A stretch of DNA of 64,000 nt from Octopus sinensis (Eukaryota). The notes below the pieces were generated by a model, which was not told the DNA's origin, did not search any database, and saw nothing but the letters and a program-made list of their open reading frames with translations. Location: contig NC_043014.1 of assembly GCF_006345805.1 (NCBI RefSeq), positions 40,238,001-40,302,000 on the forward strand. Reading direction: 5' to 3'. Shown here in pieces: positions 41,254-54,472 of the stretch (its first letter is position 1; each line of letters opens with the position of its first letter). Position numbers and translations under genes: made by a program.

Positions 41254-41495
41254 GTATCGCTTAGGTTTACGAGAGAGAGATGACCTCCCTTTGCAAATAC
41301 CATAAGAGCACAGAAAGTGTGCCTAAAGCCAGCTGGAGACGATGATCTCCTGGGGCTAAAAGCTACAGTAACACCCACCCTTTGTGGTTAGCCATATTGA
41401 GATGGCTAGTATACTTTACGTTAATAAAAGCTATGTTAATAAGCAAATAAATTTACATCCTTTTACAATTTTGTATGTTAAATATCATTTGACAG

Positions 41496-41659
41496 GTGCC
41501 CAAGATAGTCTTGGAGAAAAGGTGACATTGCAACATTTCAAACCAATGAGCAGTTTGCAAACATTCACAGCTTCTGGGTATGTGGCTATTGCAAATAGTG
41601 GTGAAGCATTGGAAGAAATTGAAAACATCATTAAAATTTGGATAAAGCAAGTTGAACAG
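41496..41659 (+). CDS. DNAH5: DNAH5-like exon (G)AQDSLGEKVTL...IKIWIKQVEQ
   Basis: tgacag| and CAG|gtgtgt, 164 nt (phase 1 to 0); WIKQxEQ motif. Confidence 0.93.
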
Positions 41660-42430
41660 GTGTGTTTCATTCTATGAAAAATAATGCTGTTGTTGTGTTC
41701 ATTATGTGAGCTAGGCTTTGAAAATATTATCATTATAAGCTCTTTCATAGTGTTACTTATAAATAAAAGTTACACCTGAAAGTAAAAGACAATTTTATAT
41801 AATCGTTTACACTGATGACATGGTTTGCGAATAATTCAAAGTCATACATTTCAAAAATCATCCCTTCTGCTATTACTACCTCCACCATCATCATTGCTTT
41901 CACCATCACTACTGCTATTAGATACAATGGTAGGAGAGACAGCCACTGTTATCGTCGTCATCATCATCATCATCATCATCATCATTATTGTCATTGTTGT
42001 CGTCATCGTCATCACCACCACCACCACCACCACCATCACCACCACCATCATCATCACCTTCATCATCATTCTTACAATCATATTACTACCATTATATTTG
42101 ATGTCAATTTTTCTAAACAATCTCTCCTTTTTTAAACAGTCTAGAACCATTAGAGATCTCTTCTAAACATTTCCTCAACTATACCCAGTGCAGCAGGCGT
42201 TTTCGTTACAAACTAAGAAATATTTAATACCCAAGCAACTCTTAAATATATATATATATATGTTTGTTCCTCCTTGAGCCATGCCTGGCTCACAAGGGCT
42301 GGTTTCCCAGTTTCCTTGGCTTATAGGTTCCCCATCTGTCAGTTTTTCGAAATCAGTGGCAGACGCCACTAGAAAAACTCTTATATATTTACAAGGAAGC
42401 CTTCACTTTCGTCGCATCCTGGTGGTTACC

Positions 42431-42471
42431 GCCCGTTGACAAGGGACAAAAATCCCGAAACTAATCCGAGC
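42431..42471 (+). ncRNA. Degenerate U3-A8 hammerhead, paralog of 41211
   Basis: GCCCG-UUGACAA-GGGA-caaaaa-UCCC-GAAAC-UA-AUC-CGAGC; stems covary with the 41211 copy. Confidence 0.6.
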
Positions 42472-45305
42472 GTATCACTCAGGCTTGCGAGGAAGGGATG
42501 GCCTCCCTTTGCAAATACTTCAAGGGCACTGATATGGTGTCTAAAGCCAGCTAGAGACGACGATCTCTTGGGGCTATAAAGCTACAGTAACACCCCCTCC
42601 CCTATGTGGTTAGCCATGATAAGATGGCTTCTATACTTTACATTATCGAGCGATTACTGTTTCAATCTCATTCTGAGATTTAATTATGCCTATATATATA
42701 TATATATTTGAAAAAAGAAAAAGTATGACTTCACTGGCAGTTCTAATCAGTTTAATTTATTAGTTTTTCCGTTTTTAATAATATAAATTTTAGTTCATAT
42801 ATATATATATATATATGCATAACTGGTACTTATTTAATCAACCTCAAAAGGATGAAAGGAAAAGTCGACCCTGTTGGAATTTGAACTCAGAATGAAATAC
42901 CACTAAGCATTTCACCTAGCGTACTAACAATACTCCAGGCTTGCCCCTTTTTCCTCTTAACAAATAACAGCCTTCACTCAACATCCATGTGAATACCTTT
43001 TCAATTAGTTTCTGCTTAGTATAATGTTCTCTTTCAAAACCACAATTTTTTCTAAACAGCCTCTCTTTTTCTAAACAATCTGTCCTTTTCTAAACAGTCT
43101 AGAGCTCTTCTAAATATTTCCTCAGCTACACTCAGTACAAAAAGCATTTTCTGTAAAACTAAAAAAATATTTTATCCCTAAGTAACTCTTAAGTATATAC
43201 CATACAATATATTGGTTTCAAATTTTGGCACAAAGCCAGCAGTTTCAGAGAAATTTCTTAGAAGGAGAACAGGTGATTATATGAACCCCAATTCATGACA
43301 GATATTTCATTTGATTAACCCTGTAGGGATAAAAGGTAAAACGACCCAATTGGGATTTGAACTCAGACTGAAAAAAGATTCAGAACAAATATCATAAAGT
43401 CATTTGATGTTCTAATAATTTGGACAACCCACCATGCTACCCTTATTAAATAATAAATTATGACTAATCTATGGTTTAATCTTGTACGCGTAACTCATTT
43501 TGGCCAACGGCTTTTATTTTCAGTAATTGAATATTCAGCAGAAAAAGTAATGTCAAAACATGCTGCTTATCAATTATTTTTCTTTAACAATCACACAACC
43601 TCTCTGTTTTCCTGTTGTCTAATTCCTGAACTCTTAGTGATATATTTCCTGTTGTACATCTTTCACGAGGTTCACAAATTATATCCTGTTTCCATAACAT
43701 TTAAACTACAAACTTACATTGTCTTACAGGAAATAAACGTATACTAATTTAAATTGACTATTTACTGATTAGAATCCTGGTTAGCATAATTTATTACCAA
43801 CATAATTTATTATCAACATTGGAGAACATTGCCTTCTCAATATATTCAATACTCCTCACTCGATACAGTCAATGAGGAGGGGAACCCCTTCGGTCATGAA
43901 TGACAATGGGATTGCACTTAGAAAGTTACCCTCCGAGGCACAAGTCCGGGCAAGGTTGTTTTATGGAAGACCAGCAGTCGTCCATGCATACCAGCCTCCC
44001 CTCTCCACACCACTGATGTTATCCAGGGGAAAGGCAAAGGCCAATACAGCTTGGCACCAGTGATGTCGCAACTCATTTCTACAGCTGAGTGAACTGGAGC
44101 AACGTGAAATAAAGTGTCTTGCTCAAGAACAGAACACGCAACCCGGTCCGGGAATCGAACTCACAACCTCACAATCGTAAGCTCGATGCTCTACCCTCTG
44201 AGCCATGTGCCTTCACTTACAGTTCAATACAATTTATAATTCAACACTGCAGTGGCACAGAAGCAATTGTAATAAAAATTAAAGTTCAGCTAAATTCATT
44301 CTCTAACTTCTTGTTTTATATTTTACATTTTTATCTTTTATCTTTTACTTGCTTCAGTCATTAGACAAGGGGTTGGCAAATCAGGGTCAATTACCCCAAG
44401 TGGGGTAACAAAAATAAGTAAAATTATATAAGAAATGTGTTCCTTGTTACATCATGCCATTTTGAACTACAAACAATTTGGTTGCTATGGTGTTGTCAAG
44501 TGACTAAACAGATATTATTTGTCAATTATTTCTTTGGCTTAGTGGTTATGGTGTCAGCATCATGATCGTAAGATTGTGGTTTCAATTCCTGGACTGGGCG
44601 ACACGCTGTGTTCTTGAGCAAAACACTTCATTTCACATTGCTCCAGTTCACTCAGCTGGCAAAAATGAGTAACGTTGCGATGGACTGGTGTCCCGTCCAG
44701 ATGGGGACACATACGCCATAGAGACCGGGAAACTGGGCCCATGAGCCTGGTTAGGCTTTAAAAAGGGCACATTTGGTAGACGGAAACTGAAAGAAGCCCA
44801 TCCTATATATATATATATTTGTGTGTGTTTTTGTGTGTCTGTGTTTGTTCCCCCAACATCGCTTGACAACTGATGCTGGTGTGTTTACGTCCCCGTAACT
44901 TAGCGGTTCGGCAAAAGAGACCAATAGTATAAGTACTGGACTTACAAAGAATAAGTCCTGGGGATCGATTTCCTCAACTAAAGGCGGGGCTCCAGCATGG
45001 CCGCAGTCAAATGACTGAAACAAGTAAAAGAGTAAAAGAGTAATCAATCACACAACCATGCCTAGAAGAAATTACTTGTGAAATTGTATTATTGATAAGT
45101 CAAACATCAGACTAGATAATTTACAATAGTTATTTTTCTTTATCCATGTTACATGTTCATTTGATACTCCTATCTACTTAAGCAATTTAACCATTTATAA
45201 ATCTAGGGCCATTAAAGTATGCACTTGGGATTAATCTAGTCAATTATATTTCTACTTTACAAAATTGGACTTGTTTCTGTTTTAAAGAAGAAATCCCTGT
45301 TTCAG

Positions 45306-45482
45306 GTACTTGCAGAAAGTGAACAAATGCGGAGGGAAGCCGATGATATTGGTCCACGGGCTGAACTGGAGCACTGGAAACGACGCATGTCTAAATTCAA
45401 TTATTTGTTAGATCAGATCAAAGGTGAAGAAGTGCGAACTGTTCTATGTATACTCCAAGTGGCCAAATCAAAATTCTTAAAG
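45306..45482 (+). CDS. DNAH5: DNAH5-like exon [39 protein letters not shown]...AKSKFLK (DHC_N1)
   Basis: ttcag| and AAG|gtaaaa, 177 nt in frame; [10 protein letters not shown] is characteristic of DNAH5/8 DHC_N1. Confidence 0.97.
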
Positions 45483-45519
45483 GTAAAATTATTCAACATT
45501 TTCATATGTATTTTAGTTA

Positions 45520-46030
45520 TTTTATCTTTTCCCTTCTTAGTCTTAATTTCAAAGTACCTCATTCAAATATTTACCTGTAAACACCTTCTTTGCCTTAATT
45601 TTGAAGCCCTTCAGTTAAACATTTACTTGTTAACATCTGAGCTTTACTTTTGAAAGTACTCCAATCAAATATGCATCTGTTAACACCTTTGTCTTTATTT
45701 GAAATTCTTTGTTCAAATATTTGTTTTTTAACACTTCTTAACCTTAATTCTAAAGTTTTTTATTCAATTATTTACCTGTAAACACCTTCTTTGCCTTAGT
45801 TTTAAAGTCCTTCAGTTAAATATTTACTTAACATCTGAGCTTTAATTTTCAAAGTACTCTTTTATCTGTTAATGCCTTTATAATCTTTATTCTAAATCCT
45901 TTGTTCAAATATCTGTTGTAATTGCCTTCTTTACCTTAATTTTAAAGCCTCCTTATTCAAATATTTACCTGTTAACCCCTTCTTTGCCTTAATTTTAAAG
46001 TATGCTAGTCAAATATTTACCAGTGAACAT
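45520..46030. repeat. Degenerate minisatellite, unit about 45-50 bp
   Basis: Recurring ttcaaatatttacctgt(t/a)aacaccttctttgccttaattttaaag, about 10 copies. Confidence 0.7.
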
Positions 46031-47849
46031 CTTACAATGAAATCATTTCATTTCTTACACATTTCAGAAATACATTTTAAACACTGCTGTGTAAAATTAC
46101 AGCACAACAGCTGTATCAACCCATCAGCAGTTAACTTAGAACTGGTGTAATGTAATGTACTGAGATCTAAACTAAATGGTTATGTCCTGTCACTAGCAGA
46201 GCTAGAGTGTGTGCCACCTGGGGCAGCCCTTCTATTTGCCACCCCCAGACCCCACAACAAAACACATTGTCTACAGCAATAGCCTACAAAGGGGTGGCAC
46301 TTTGATGAAAAGTGCCACCCCTTTAAAAGTGCTGCCTGGGTCAGACTGCCCATACTGCCCTGACCCCAGCCATGTTAACGTATCCTGCTCAATACAAAGC
46401 ACATAATACCTATTTCTTTACTACCCACAAGGGGTTACACACAGAGGGGACAAACAAAGACAGACAAAGGGATTAAGCTGATTACATCGATCCCAGTGCG
46501 TAACTAGTACTTAATTTATCGACCCCGAAAGGATGAAAGGCAAAGTCGACCTTGGCAGAATTTGAACTCAGAATGTAACGGCAGACAAAATATCACTAAG
46601 CATTTTACCTGGCGTGCTAACGTTTCTGCCAGCTCGCTGCCTTCAAAGCACATAATACCAAAGGATATAACCTTATAGATCATATCATCATCATCATCAT
46701 CATTCATCATTTAGCTTCCCATGCTAGCATGGGTTGGACGGTTCAACTGGGGTCTGTGAAGCTGGAAGGCTTCGTCAGGCCCAGTCAGATCTGGCAGTGT
46801 TTCTACGGCTGGATGCCCTTCCTAACGCCAACCACTCCATGAGTGTAGTGGGTGCTTTTTACGTGATTGTTGCTGTTGTTATTTAGGTCCATATCAGCCT
46901 TGAACAAGCAGACTTATCTCCAAAGTGATTCCAGTCATGACCATCTGTTTTTTTCCAGGTGCAAATACCTAAACTACATTATCAAGTACCTTCTTTTCTG
47001 GAAAGAATTTTAAAAAATACAAAACAAAAACAAATGGTAGGGCATATATTGAGGTAGATTTAGCTGTTATTTCTAGTAGCTCAAGCCATCACACTGAGGT
47101 TTCTTTGAGTTCATTTATTTGAGACATATAATATAAGCAGTGAAGGCACGTGACTTAGTGGTTAGGGTATTCAGTTCACGATCACAAGATCACAAGTTCA
47201 ATTCCCAATGATGCTTTGTATCCTTTCGCAAGACACTTTATTTCACATTGCTCCAGTCACTCAGCTGGTAAAAATGAGTAGGACCTGTATTTCAAAGGAC
47301 CAGTCCTGTCACATTTTGTATCATGCTGAATCTTCTTGAGAACTACATTTTTGTTGTTGTTGTTGTTGTTAAGCAACAAGACGGGTAAGGGTGATTAGGT
47401 GATGGTCTAGAGCTTAGGGGCGGGAGATCCCCAGACCTTGGAAAAAAAAAAACTTTGGGTCGTCTTGTTGTAGTCGAGGGATCTTCGTTGATGCCTGACA
47501 CCACTGGGAGGTGGCCCTCGAGTTGCTGGAAATGGAGATCTCCAGGTCCAAATTCTTGAACGGCAGAACTACATTAAGGGTACACGTGTCTGTAAAGGGC
47601 TCAGTCACATGCATGTTAATTCCACGAGCAGGCTGTTCCATTGATTGGAACTGGAACCCTTGTCATAATAACCAACAGAGTACCAAATCGGAATAATATA
47701 ACCAATTTACTATTTATAAAAATGTATTAATTAGGAAACTCACTATTATATAATTAAACAGAACAGTATTTTAAAATAGATTGAATTCAAGTGGGATTTT
47801 TATGTAATTATTTCGATTAAATAAATTTAAACAAACTATAATATTTCAG

Positions 47850-47963
47850 ATTTGGCAGGAACTTGATCGTAAAATCACAGATGCTGCCAATGAAGCTCGG
47901 GACAATGTTAAATTTTTATATACTTTAGAGAAATTCTGTGACCCTCTGTACAATAGCAATCCA
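47850..47963 (+). CDS. DNAH5: DNAH5-like exon [38 protein letters not shown]
   Basis: tttcag| and CCA|gtaagt, 114 nt; NEAxDNVKxLYTLEK motif; absent from the ORF track. Confidence 0.97.
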
Positions 47964-48042
47964 GTAAGTAAGACCATATTTGATTCCCATTTTATTATGT
48001 TTTTGGAGTTTACTGAACATATTCTAGACATTTCATATATAT

Positions 48043-48087
<45 letters not shown>

Positions 48088-48335
48088 ATAAATATTGGGG
48101 AATGAATCCAAAATTACAGGGAAAAATCAGATTTAGGGTTAAATCCAATTTTATAGTAAAATATTATATAATATAATTCGAGACAAAACCACTATTTTAA
48201 AACCAAACAAGGAAAGACTTAATCAATACATAAAATTTAATATAAATTAAATAAAATAAATATTAAAATTTTATGTATTGATTAAGTCTTTCCTTGTTTG
48301 GTTTTAAAATAGTGGTTTTGTCTCGAATTATATTA

Positions 48336-48734
48336 TCTCTCTCTATATAAACGGCAGTTTGTCTGTGCGTTTTCTGTGTGTCTGTTTTCTCGTACCCTCA
48401 CTCTGACCACGGCTTTCAACCGATTCTGATGAAACTTGACTCACTCATAGCCCAATGTCATAATTCAAAACTAACGCAGCGAAAATTTTGAAAAGTTCCC
48501 CCCAGTTCTGAAAAAAAAATCGATAACTTCGACATGGGGTCGAGAATCAGAAACCCAAACCACAGACCGTCTAGGGGACGCAACTCCACCTTTTTTAACT
48601 CTCAAAAAAAATTTACCATAATTTTTTTTCCATTTTTTTTCCATTTTTTTGCTATTTTTTGGCTATAACTCTCTAAAAATGCTTTATAGTTATTTATAGT
48701 TACAAACCTGAGCAACGCCGGGCGATACTGCTAG
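48336..48734 (+). mobile_element. Non-autonomous Helitron
   Basis: a|tctctctctatata...cctgagcaacgccgggcgatactgCTAG|t. Confidence 0.75.
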
Positions 48735-48859
48735 TATATATATATATATATATATTGGAAGGTTTGGAGATGATGTACAGGTATTATATATTAGAAGAAT
48801 GAGGTTTGTATTTATGGATATTTATTTATATATTACATTTTTTACATATATATCATATG

Positions 48860-49420
48860 TGGGCACGTAACAAGCACCATCCGATCGTGGCCGTTTGCCA
48901 GCCTCATCTGGCACCTGTGTCGGTGGCACATTAAAACACCATCCGAGCGTGGCGTTGCCAGCCTCGTCTGGCACCTGTGTCGGTGGCACATTAAAAAACA
49001 CCATCCGAGCGTGGCCGTCTCAGCCTCGTCTGGAACCTGTGTCGGTGGCACATATAAAAAAAAACCACCGAGCGTGGCCGTCTGCCAGCCTCGTCTGGCA
49101 CCTGTGTCGGTGGCACATAAAAAACACCATCCGAGCGTGGCCGTCTGCCAGCCTCGTCTGGCACCTGTGTCGGTGGCACATAAAAAACACCATCCGAGTG
49201 TGGCCGTTTGTCAGCCTCGTCTGGCACCTGTGTCGGTGGCACAAAAATCACCCACTACACTCTCGGAGTGGTTGGCGTTAGGAAGGGCATCCAGCTGTAG
49301 AAACACTGCCAGATCTGACTGGACTGGTGCAGCTTTCGGGCTCCCCAGACCCCAGTTGAACCGTCCAACCCATGCTAGCATGGAAAGCGGACGTTAAACG
49401 ATGATGATGATGATGATGAT
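48860..49420 (+). mobile_element. SINE/RTE-type 3' end with (GAT)n tail and an internal tandem array of about 61 bp x6
   Basis: Unit aaaacaccatccgagcgtggccgtctgccagcctcgtctggcacctgtgtcggtggcacat; same family at 33605-33790(-), 46685-46865(-), 63548-64000(-). Confidence 0.8.
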
Positions 49421-50387
49421 ATCATATCACTTAGTTCATTAGCGCTTTCTCCCATTCTAGTAAAGTTTTCAAATGAAAATAAGTTCCTTTGCTAGGGATT
49501 TTAATCATTTTATAGTTTCTGGTTGTGGTGGGGAGGAATGTAAGACAGTACAAGAGGGTGAGGTGAATGAGGAGAAAGTGAGAGGGAGAACATGTGTGTA
49601 TGTGTGTGTGTGTTTGTTTGTTTGTATCTGAGGTGATAGCTAAAGAGAAAGAGGGGAAGGGAGAGGGAAGAAGAAGGAAAGTTTTTTGATCTGCTGAACA
49701 GGATATTGACTACAAGGGGTTTCTAAGAATTTCAGTTTTGACCACTTCACAGTGTCATTGTCTTTTTTGGGTTTTTGGGATGGTCAAATGTCTTTTTGGG
49801 TTTTTAAGAATTCTTATCACTTTGTATGATCGTTTTGTGGAGGTGTGTGTGTGTGTGTGTCTGTGTGTGTGTGTGACAGTTAAAAAGTACAGATGAAGTA
49901 AATTATAAAAATAATATAATGTATATAACAGGCAATATATATATATACACACACACATATATATACATATACAGACGTATACTAAATGTTCTACTATATT
50001 AGATTGTAAATCGAAAATTGTGTCCTTCAATGTCACTATATATATATACATGCTTACACATGAAATATTATGAAATATATATGTATATAGTGGTATAAAT
50101 ATCAACACAACTTTTTTCCCCCTTCCTCCCTTATTTTTCTTTTTCTTTTTCTTTTTTTTGTCTCTCTCCCCTTCTCCAAACACACACACACCTCCACAAA
50201 ACAATAATACAAAGTGATAAGAATTCTTAAAAACCCAAAAAGACATTTGACCATCCCAACAATGTTAAAAGGAAATATAATTTATGGCTTACCTCCCCAC
50301 CCTCATACACCAATGACACTGTGAAGTGGTCAAAATGAAATTCTTAGAGAAACCCTTGAAGTCAATATCCTGGATTTATTCCCTAAT

Positions 50388-50525
50388 ATTATATTAATTT
50401 ATATATATATATATAGAATAATATATATATATATATATAATATAATATATATATATATAAATATATATATATATTAAATATATATATATAAAATATATAT
50501 ATATATATATATAAAATATATATAT

Positions 50526-50564
<39 letters not shown>

Positions 50565-50596
50565 AATATATATATTATATATATATATATATAAAT

Positions 50597-50645
<49 letters not shown>

Positions 50646-50717
50646 TATATATATATAAATATATATATATATAAATATATATATAAATATATATAAATAT
50701 ATATATATAAAATATAT

Positions 50718-50765
<48 letters not shown>

Positions 50766-50801
50766 TATATATAAATATATATATAAATATATATATAATA
50801 T

Positions 50802-50843
<42 letters not shown>

Positions 50844-50872
50844 ATATATATATATATATATAATTATATATT
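50388..50872. repeat. Large imperfect (TA)n tract
   Basis: Direct reading; similar tracts at 1260-1800, 12345-12403, 12544-12620, 19193-19260, 26960-27290. Confidence 0.95.
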
Positions 50873-51391
50873 AAATTATTAGAGATAAAACCACTATTAG
50901 GCAAATCAAACAGCGAAAACATAAACCAAACATAAAAATTAAAAAATTATTTATAATATACAAAAATATATAAAATATATAATTTAAAAATTAAATTATT
51001 TAAAAATAAAATTATTAATTTATATTTATAAATTTTTATTTTATTTTATTTATCTATTTATTTATTTTTATTAAATATATATAACTATCAAAAAGTATTA
51101 AAAAGTTTAATATAAGATAAAAAGTAAAGACAAATATATATATATAAATATATATATATAAAAATATATATATATATATAATATTTCAATAGGTGAATGA
51201 ATTATCCCATGTTTATCGTCAGCATGGAAAATTCGTTGAGCCGATACCAGGGTAGCAAATTCTTGTCAGAAACACGGTTGAAGCGACCTGTCCAAGTGTA
51301 GAAACTCTGGGTTCGTTTGCAGAAATTTGTGTGTTATATATGAATAAATGAAAGAATGGAGTCGAACAAAGATGTTAACAAAATTCCTTTA

Positions 51392-51473
51392 CTCTCGACA
51401 TATGTTTCGAAGACCACATGGTTTCATTCCAAAGGAATAAAGGGTGTATGATGCAATCTTCTCATCAGGAAAG
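51392..51473 (-). ncRNA. Type-I hammerhead ribozyme with enlarged loop II
   Basis: CUUUC-CUGAUGA-GAAGA-(about 43 nt)-UCUUC-GAAAC-AUAU-GUC-GAGAG; 5'-truncated mirror copy on + at 51581-51656. Confidence 0.75.
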
Positions 51474-52085
51474 AAAGGGAGCCTCTCTCGGCAACAAGAC
51501 AAACAAAAATTTCGATGACTGCCTACATGGTAAACACAACGACATTGTCGTTGTGTTTACCATGTAGGCAGTCATCGAAATGATGAGAAGATTGCATCAT
51601 ACACCCTTTATTCCTTTGGAATGAAACCATGTGGTCTTCGAAACATATGTCGAGAGTAAAGGAATTTTGTTAACATCTTTGTTCGACTCCATTCTTTTAT
51701 TTATTTATATATATATATGTGAAACTAAGAGTAACAAGTTTTGTTGAATTTCTGCTGCTTTGAAATAAAGCATATTACTCTACCCCTGGTATTTGAGTAC
51801 TCTTTTTTTCCACCTTGTTTCACATTTATGTGTTTACTCTGGTATATATTTATATAATATATATAGATTATATATATATATTTATATTATATATATATAT
51901 ATATATATAGATTATATATATATGTAATATATAATGTATGTATATATACGCCTATTTATATATTACATACACACACACATAAATGCACTCATCCCACAAC
52001 ACACACACACACATCTGTTTCCAGATACCAGATATAACTGTGAATTATCACGTCTAATATTGAATGATGACTCATTTTCTTTCAG

Positions 52086-52193
52086 GTTGGTATGCTGGCT
52101 GGAATTGCAGGTCTAATCAATGGCATCCGCATGATACATAGCATTTCTCGCTATTACAACACATCAGAGAGAATGACATCTCTTTTTGTAAAA
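52086..52193 (+). CDS. DNAH5: DNAH5-like exon [36 protein letters not shown]
   Basis: ttcag| and AAA|gtaagt, 108 nt; YYNTSExxTSLFVK motif. Confidence 0.97.
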
Positions 52194-52253
52194 GTAAGTA
52201 GGTGATCGCAGCCAGTTTTCTAATAATTTATTATTGCAAGTTTGCTTTCATTT

Positions 52254-52730
52254 GTGGAGGCGGATGGCTTAGTGGTTAGGGTATCAGCATCATGATCGTA
52301 AGATTGTGGTTTCGATTCCTGGACCGGGCGACGCGTTGTGTTCTTGAGCAAAACACTTCATTTCACATTGCTCCAGTCCACTCAGCTGGCAGAAATGAGT
52401 AACACTGCGATGGACTGGCTGGGGAACACATGTGCCATAGAAACCGGGAAACCGGACCCATGAGCCTGGCTAGGCTTTGAAAGGACGCATTTATTTGTGA
52501 AGGTGCATGACTTAGTGGTTAGGGTGTCAGCATCATGATCATAAGATTGTGGTTTCGATTCCTGGACCGGGCAATGCATTGTGTTCTTGAGCAAAACACT
52601 TCATTTCACGTTGCTCCAGTCCACTCAGCTGGCAAAAATGAGTAATCCCGCGATGGACTGGCATCCCATCCAGCTGGGAACACATACGCCATAGAAACTG
52701 GGAAACTGGCTTTAAAAGGGCACATTTATT
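52254..52730 (+). mobile_element. tRNA-derived SINE family C, tandem dimer
   Basis: Head tggcttagtggttaggg..ggtttcgattcc occurs twice; related copies at 4232-4470, 9230-9412(-), 10282-10556(-), 21332-21449(-), 37460, 44536, 47140, 54770. Confidence 0.85.
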
Positions 52731-53046
52731 ATTTATTTATTTTACTTTCATTTGGTTTCACTGAAGAAATGACAAAGAACCGGGAGATGTGGTGATTTTC
52801 TGTACTTGATAAGCCACGTCAAGCTAAGCAAAATCACTCCCTTCCACACATATGGTGCTAGTGCCACGTAAAAAGCACCCGACACACTCTGCTAACTGGA
52901 TGGTATTAGGAAGAGCATCCAACCATAGAAACCATGTCACAGTTGGAATTTGGACAGCTCCCTGCTAGCCAACTCCAGCTCTATGTCAAACTGTCCAAAC
53001 CATGATGATGAAGATGATATTTTTAAAATTTTGTTTATGCACCCTG

Positions 53047-54472
53047 GTGTGTGTGTGTGTGTGTGCATGTGTGTGTTTGTGTGTGTGTGTTGGTTTGTGA
53101 GTGAGAGGGTGTGTGTGTGTGCGCGCATGCACGCATGTGTGCACATGTAAGCGTGTATGTGCACACGTGCGCACATGCATGTGTGTGTGAGTGTGAGTGA
53201 GTGAGTGTGTGAGTGAGAGAGTGTGTGTGTGCGCATGCGTGTGTGTGTGAGTGAGTGTGTGACAGTGATTGTGTGTGTGTGCATGTGTGTGTTTGTGTGT
53301 GTGTGTTGGTTGTGAGTGAGAGGGTGTGTGTGTGCACGTGCATGCACGCATGTGTGCACGTGTAAGCGTGTGGTGCACACGTGCGCACATGCATGTGTGG
53401 TGTGGTAGTGTGAGTGAGTGAGTGTGTGAGTGAGAGAGTGTGTGTGTGCGCATGCGTGTGTGTGCGCATGCGTGTGTGTGTGAGTGAGTGTGTGACAGTG
53501 ATTGTGTGTGTGTGTGCATGTGTGTGTTTGGTGTGTGTGTTGGTTTGTGAGTGAGAGGGTGTGTGTGCACGTGCATGCACGCATGTGTGCACGTGTAAGC
53601 GTGTGTGTGCACACGTGCGCACATGCATGGTGTGTGTGTGTGAGTGTGAGTGAGTGAGTGTGTGAGTGAGAGATGTGTGTGTGCGCATGCGTGTGTGTGT
53701 GCGCATGGTGTGTGTGTGAGTGAGTGTGTGACAGTGATGTGTGTGTTGTGTGCATGTGTGTGTTTGTGTGTGTGTGTTGGTTTGTGAGTGAGAGGGTGTG
53801 TGTGTGCGCGCATGCACGCATGTGTGCACGTGTAAGCGTGTGTGTGCACACGTGCGCACATGCATGTGTGTGTGAGTGTGAGTGAGTGAGTGTGTGAGTG
53901 AGAGAGTGTGTGTGTGCGCATGCGTGTGTGTGTGAGTGAGTGTGTGACAGTGATTGTGTGTGTGTGTGTGCATGTGTGTGTTTGTGTGTGTGTGTTGGTT
54001 TGTGAGTGAGAGGGTGTGTGTGCGCGTGCATGCACGCATGTGTGCACGTGTAAGCGTGTGTGTGCACACGTGCGCACATGCATGTGTGTGTGAGTGTGAG
54101 TGAGTGAGTGTGAGTGAGAGAGTGTGTGTGGCGCATGCGTGGGTGTGTGTGAGTGAGTGTGTGACAGTGATTGTGTGTGTGTGTGCATGTGTGTGTTTGT
54201 GTGTGTGTGTTGGTTTGTGAGTGAGAGGGTGTGTGTGTGCGCGCATGCACGCATGTGTGCACGTGTAAGCGTGTGTGTGCACACGTGCGCACATGCATGT
54301 GTGTGTGAGTGTGAGTGAGTGAGTGTGTGAGTGAGAGAGTGTGTGTGTGCGCATGCGTGTGTGTGTGAGTGAGTGTGTGACAGTGATTGTGTGTGTGTGT
54401 GTGTGCGCGTGCATGCATGTGTGTGTGTTTGTGTGCATGTGTGTGTGTGTGTGTGTGCATGCGTGCACGTGT
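53047..54472. repeat. Higher-order GT/GTGA/GCAT minisatellite, unit about 216-236 bp, about 6.5 copies
   Basis: Marker gacagtgat recurs at about 53261, 53494, 53730, 53946, 54163 and 54379. Confidence 0.9.

Noticed and set aside
42495-42552. HDV-like ribozyme impression (GG-GCAC..GUGU-CUAAA-GCCA)
   Set aside because: Could not build consistent P1 and P3 helices in both copies
48860-49250. CRISPR-like regular repeats
   Set aside because: No unique spacers; eukaryotic tandem repeat inside a retroelement
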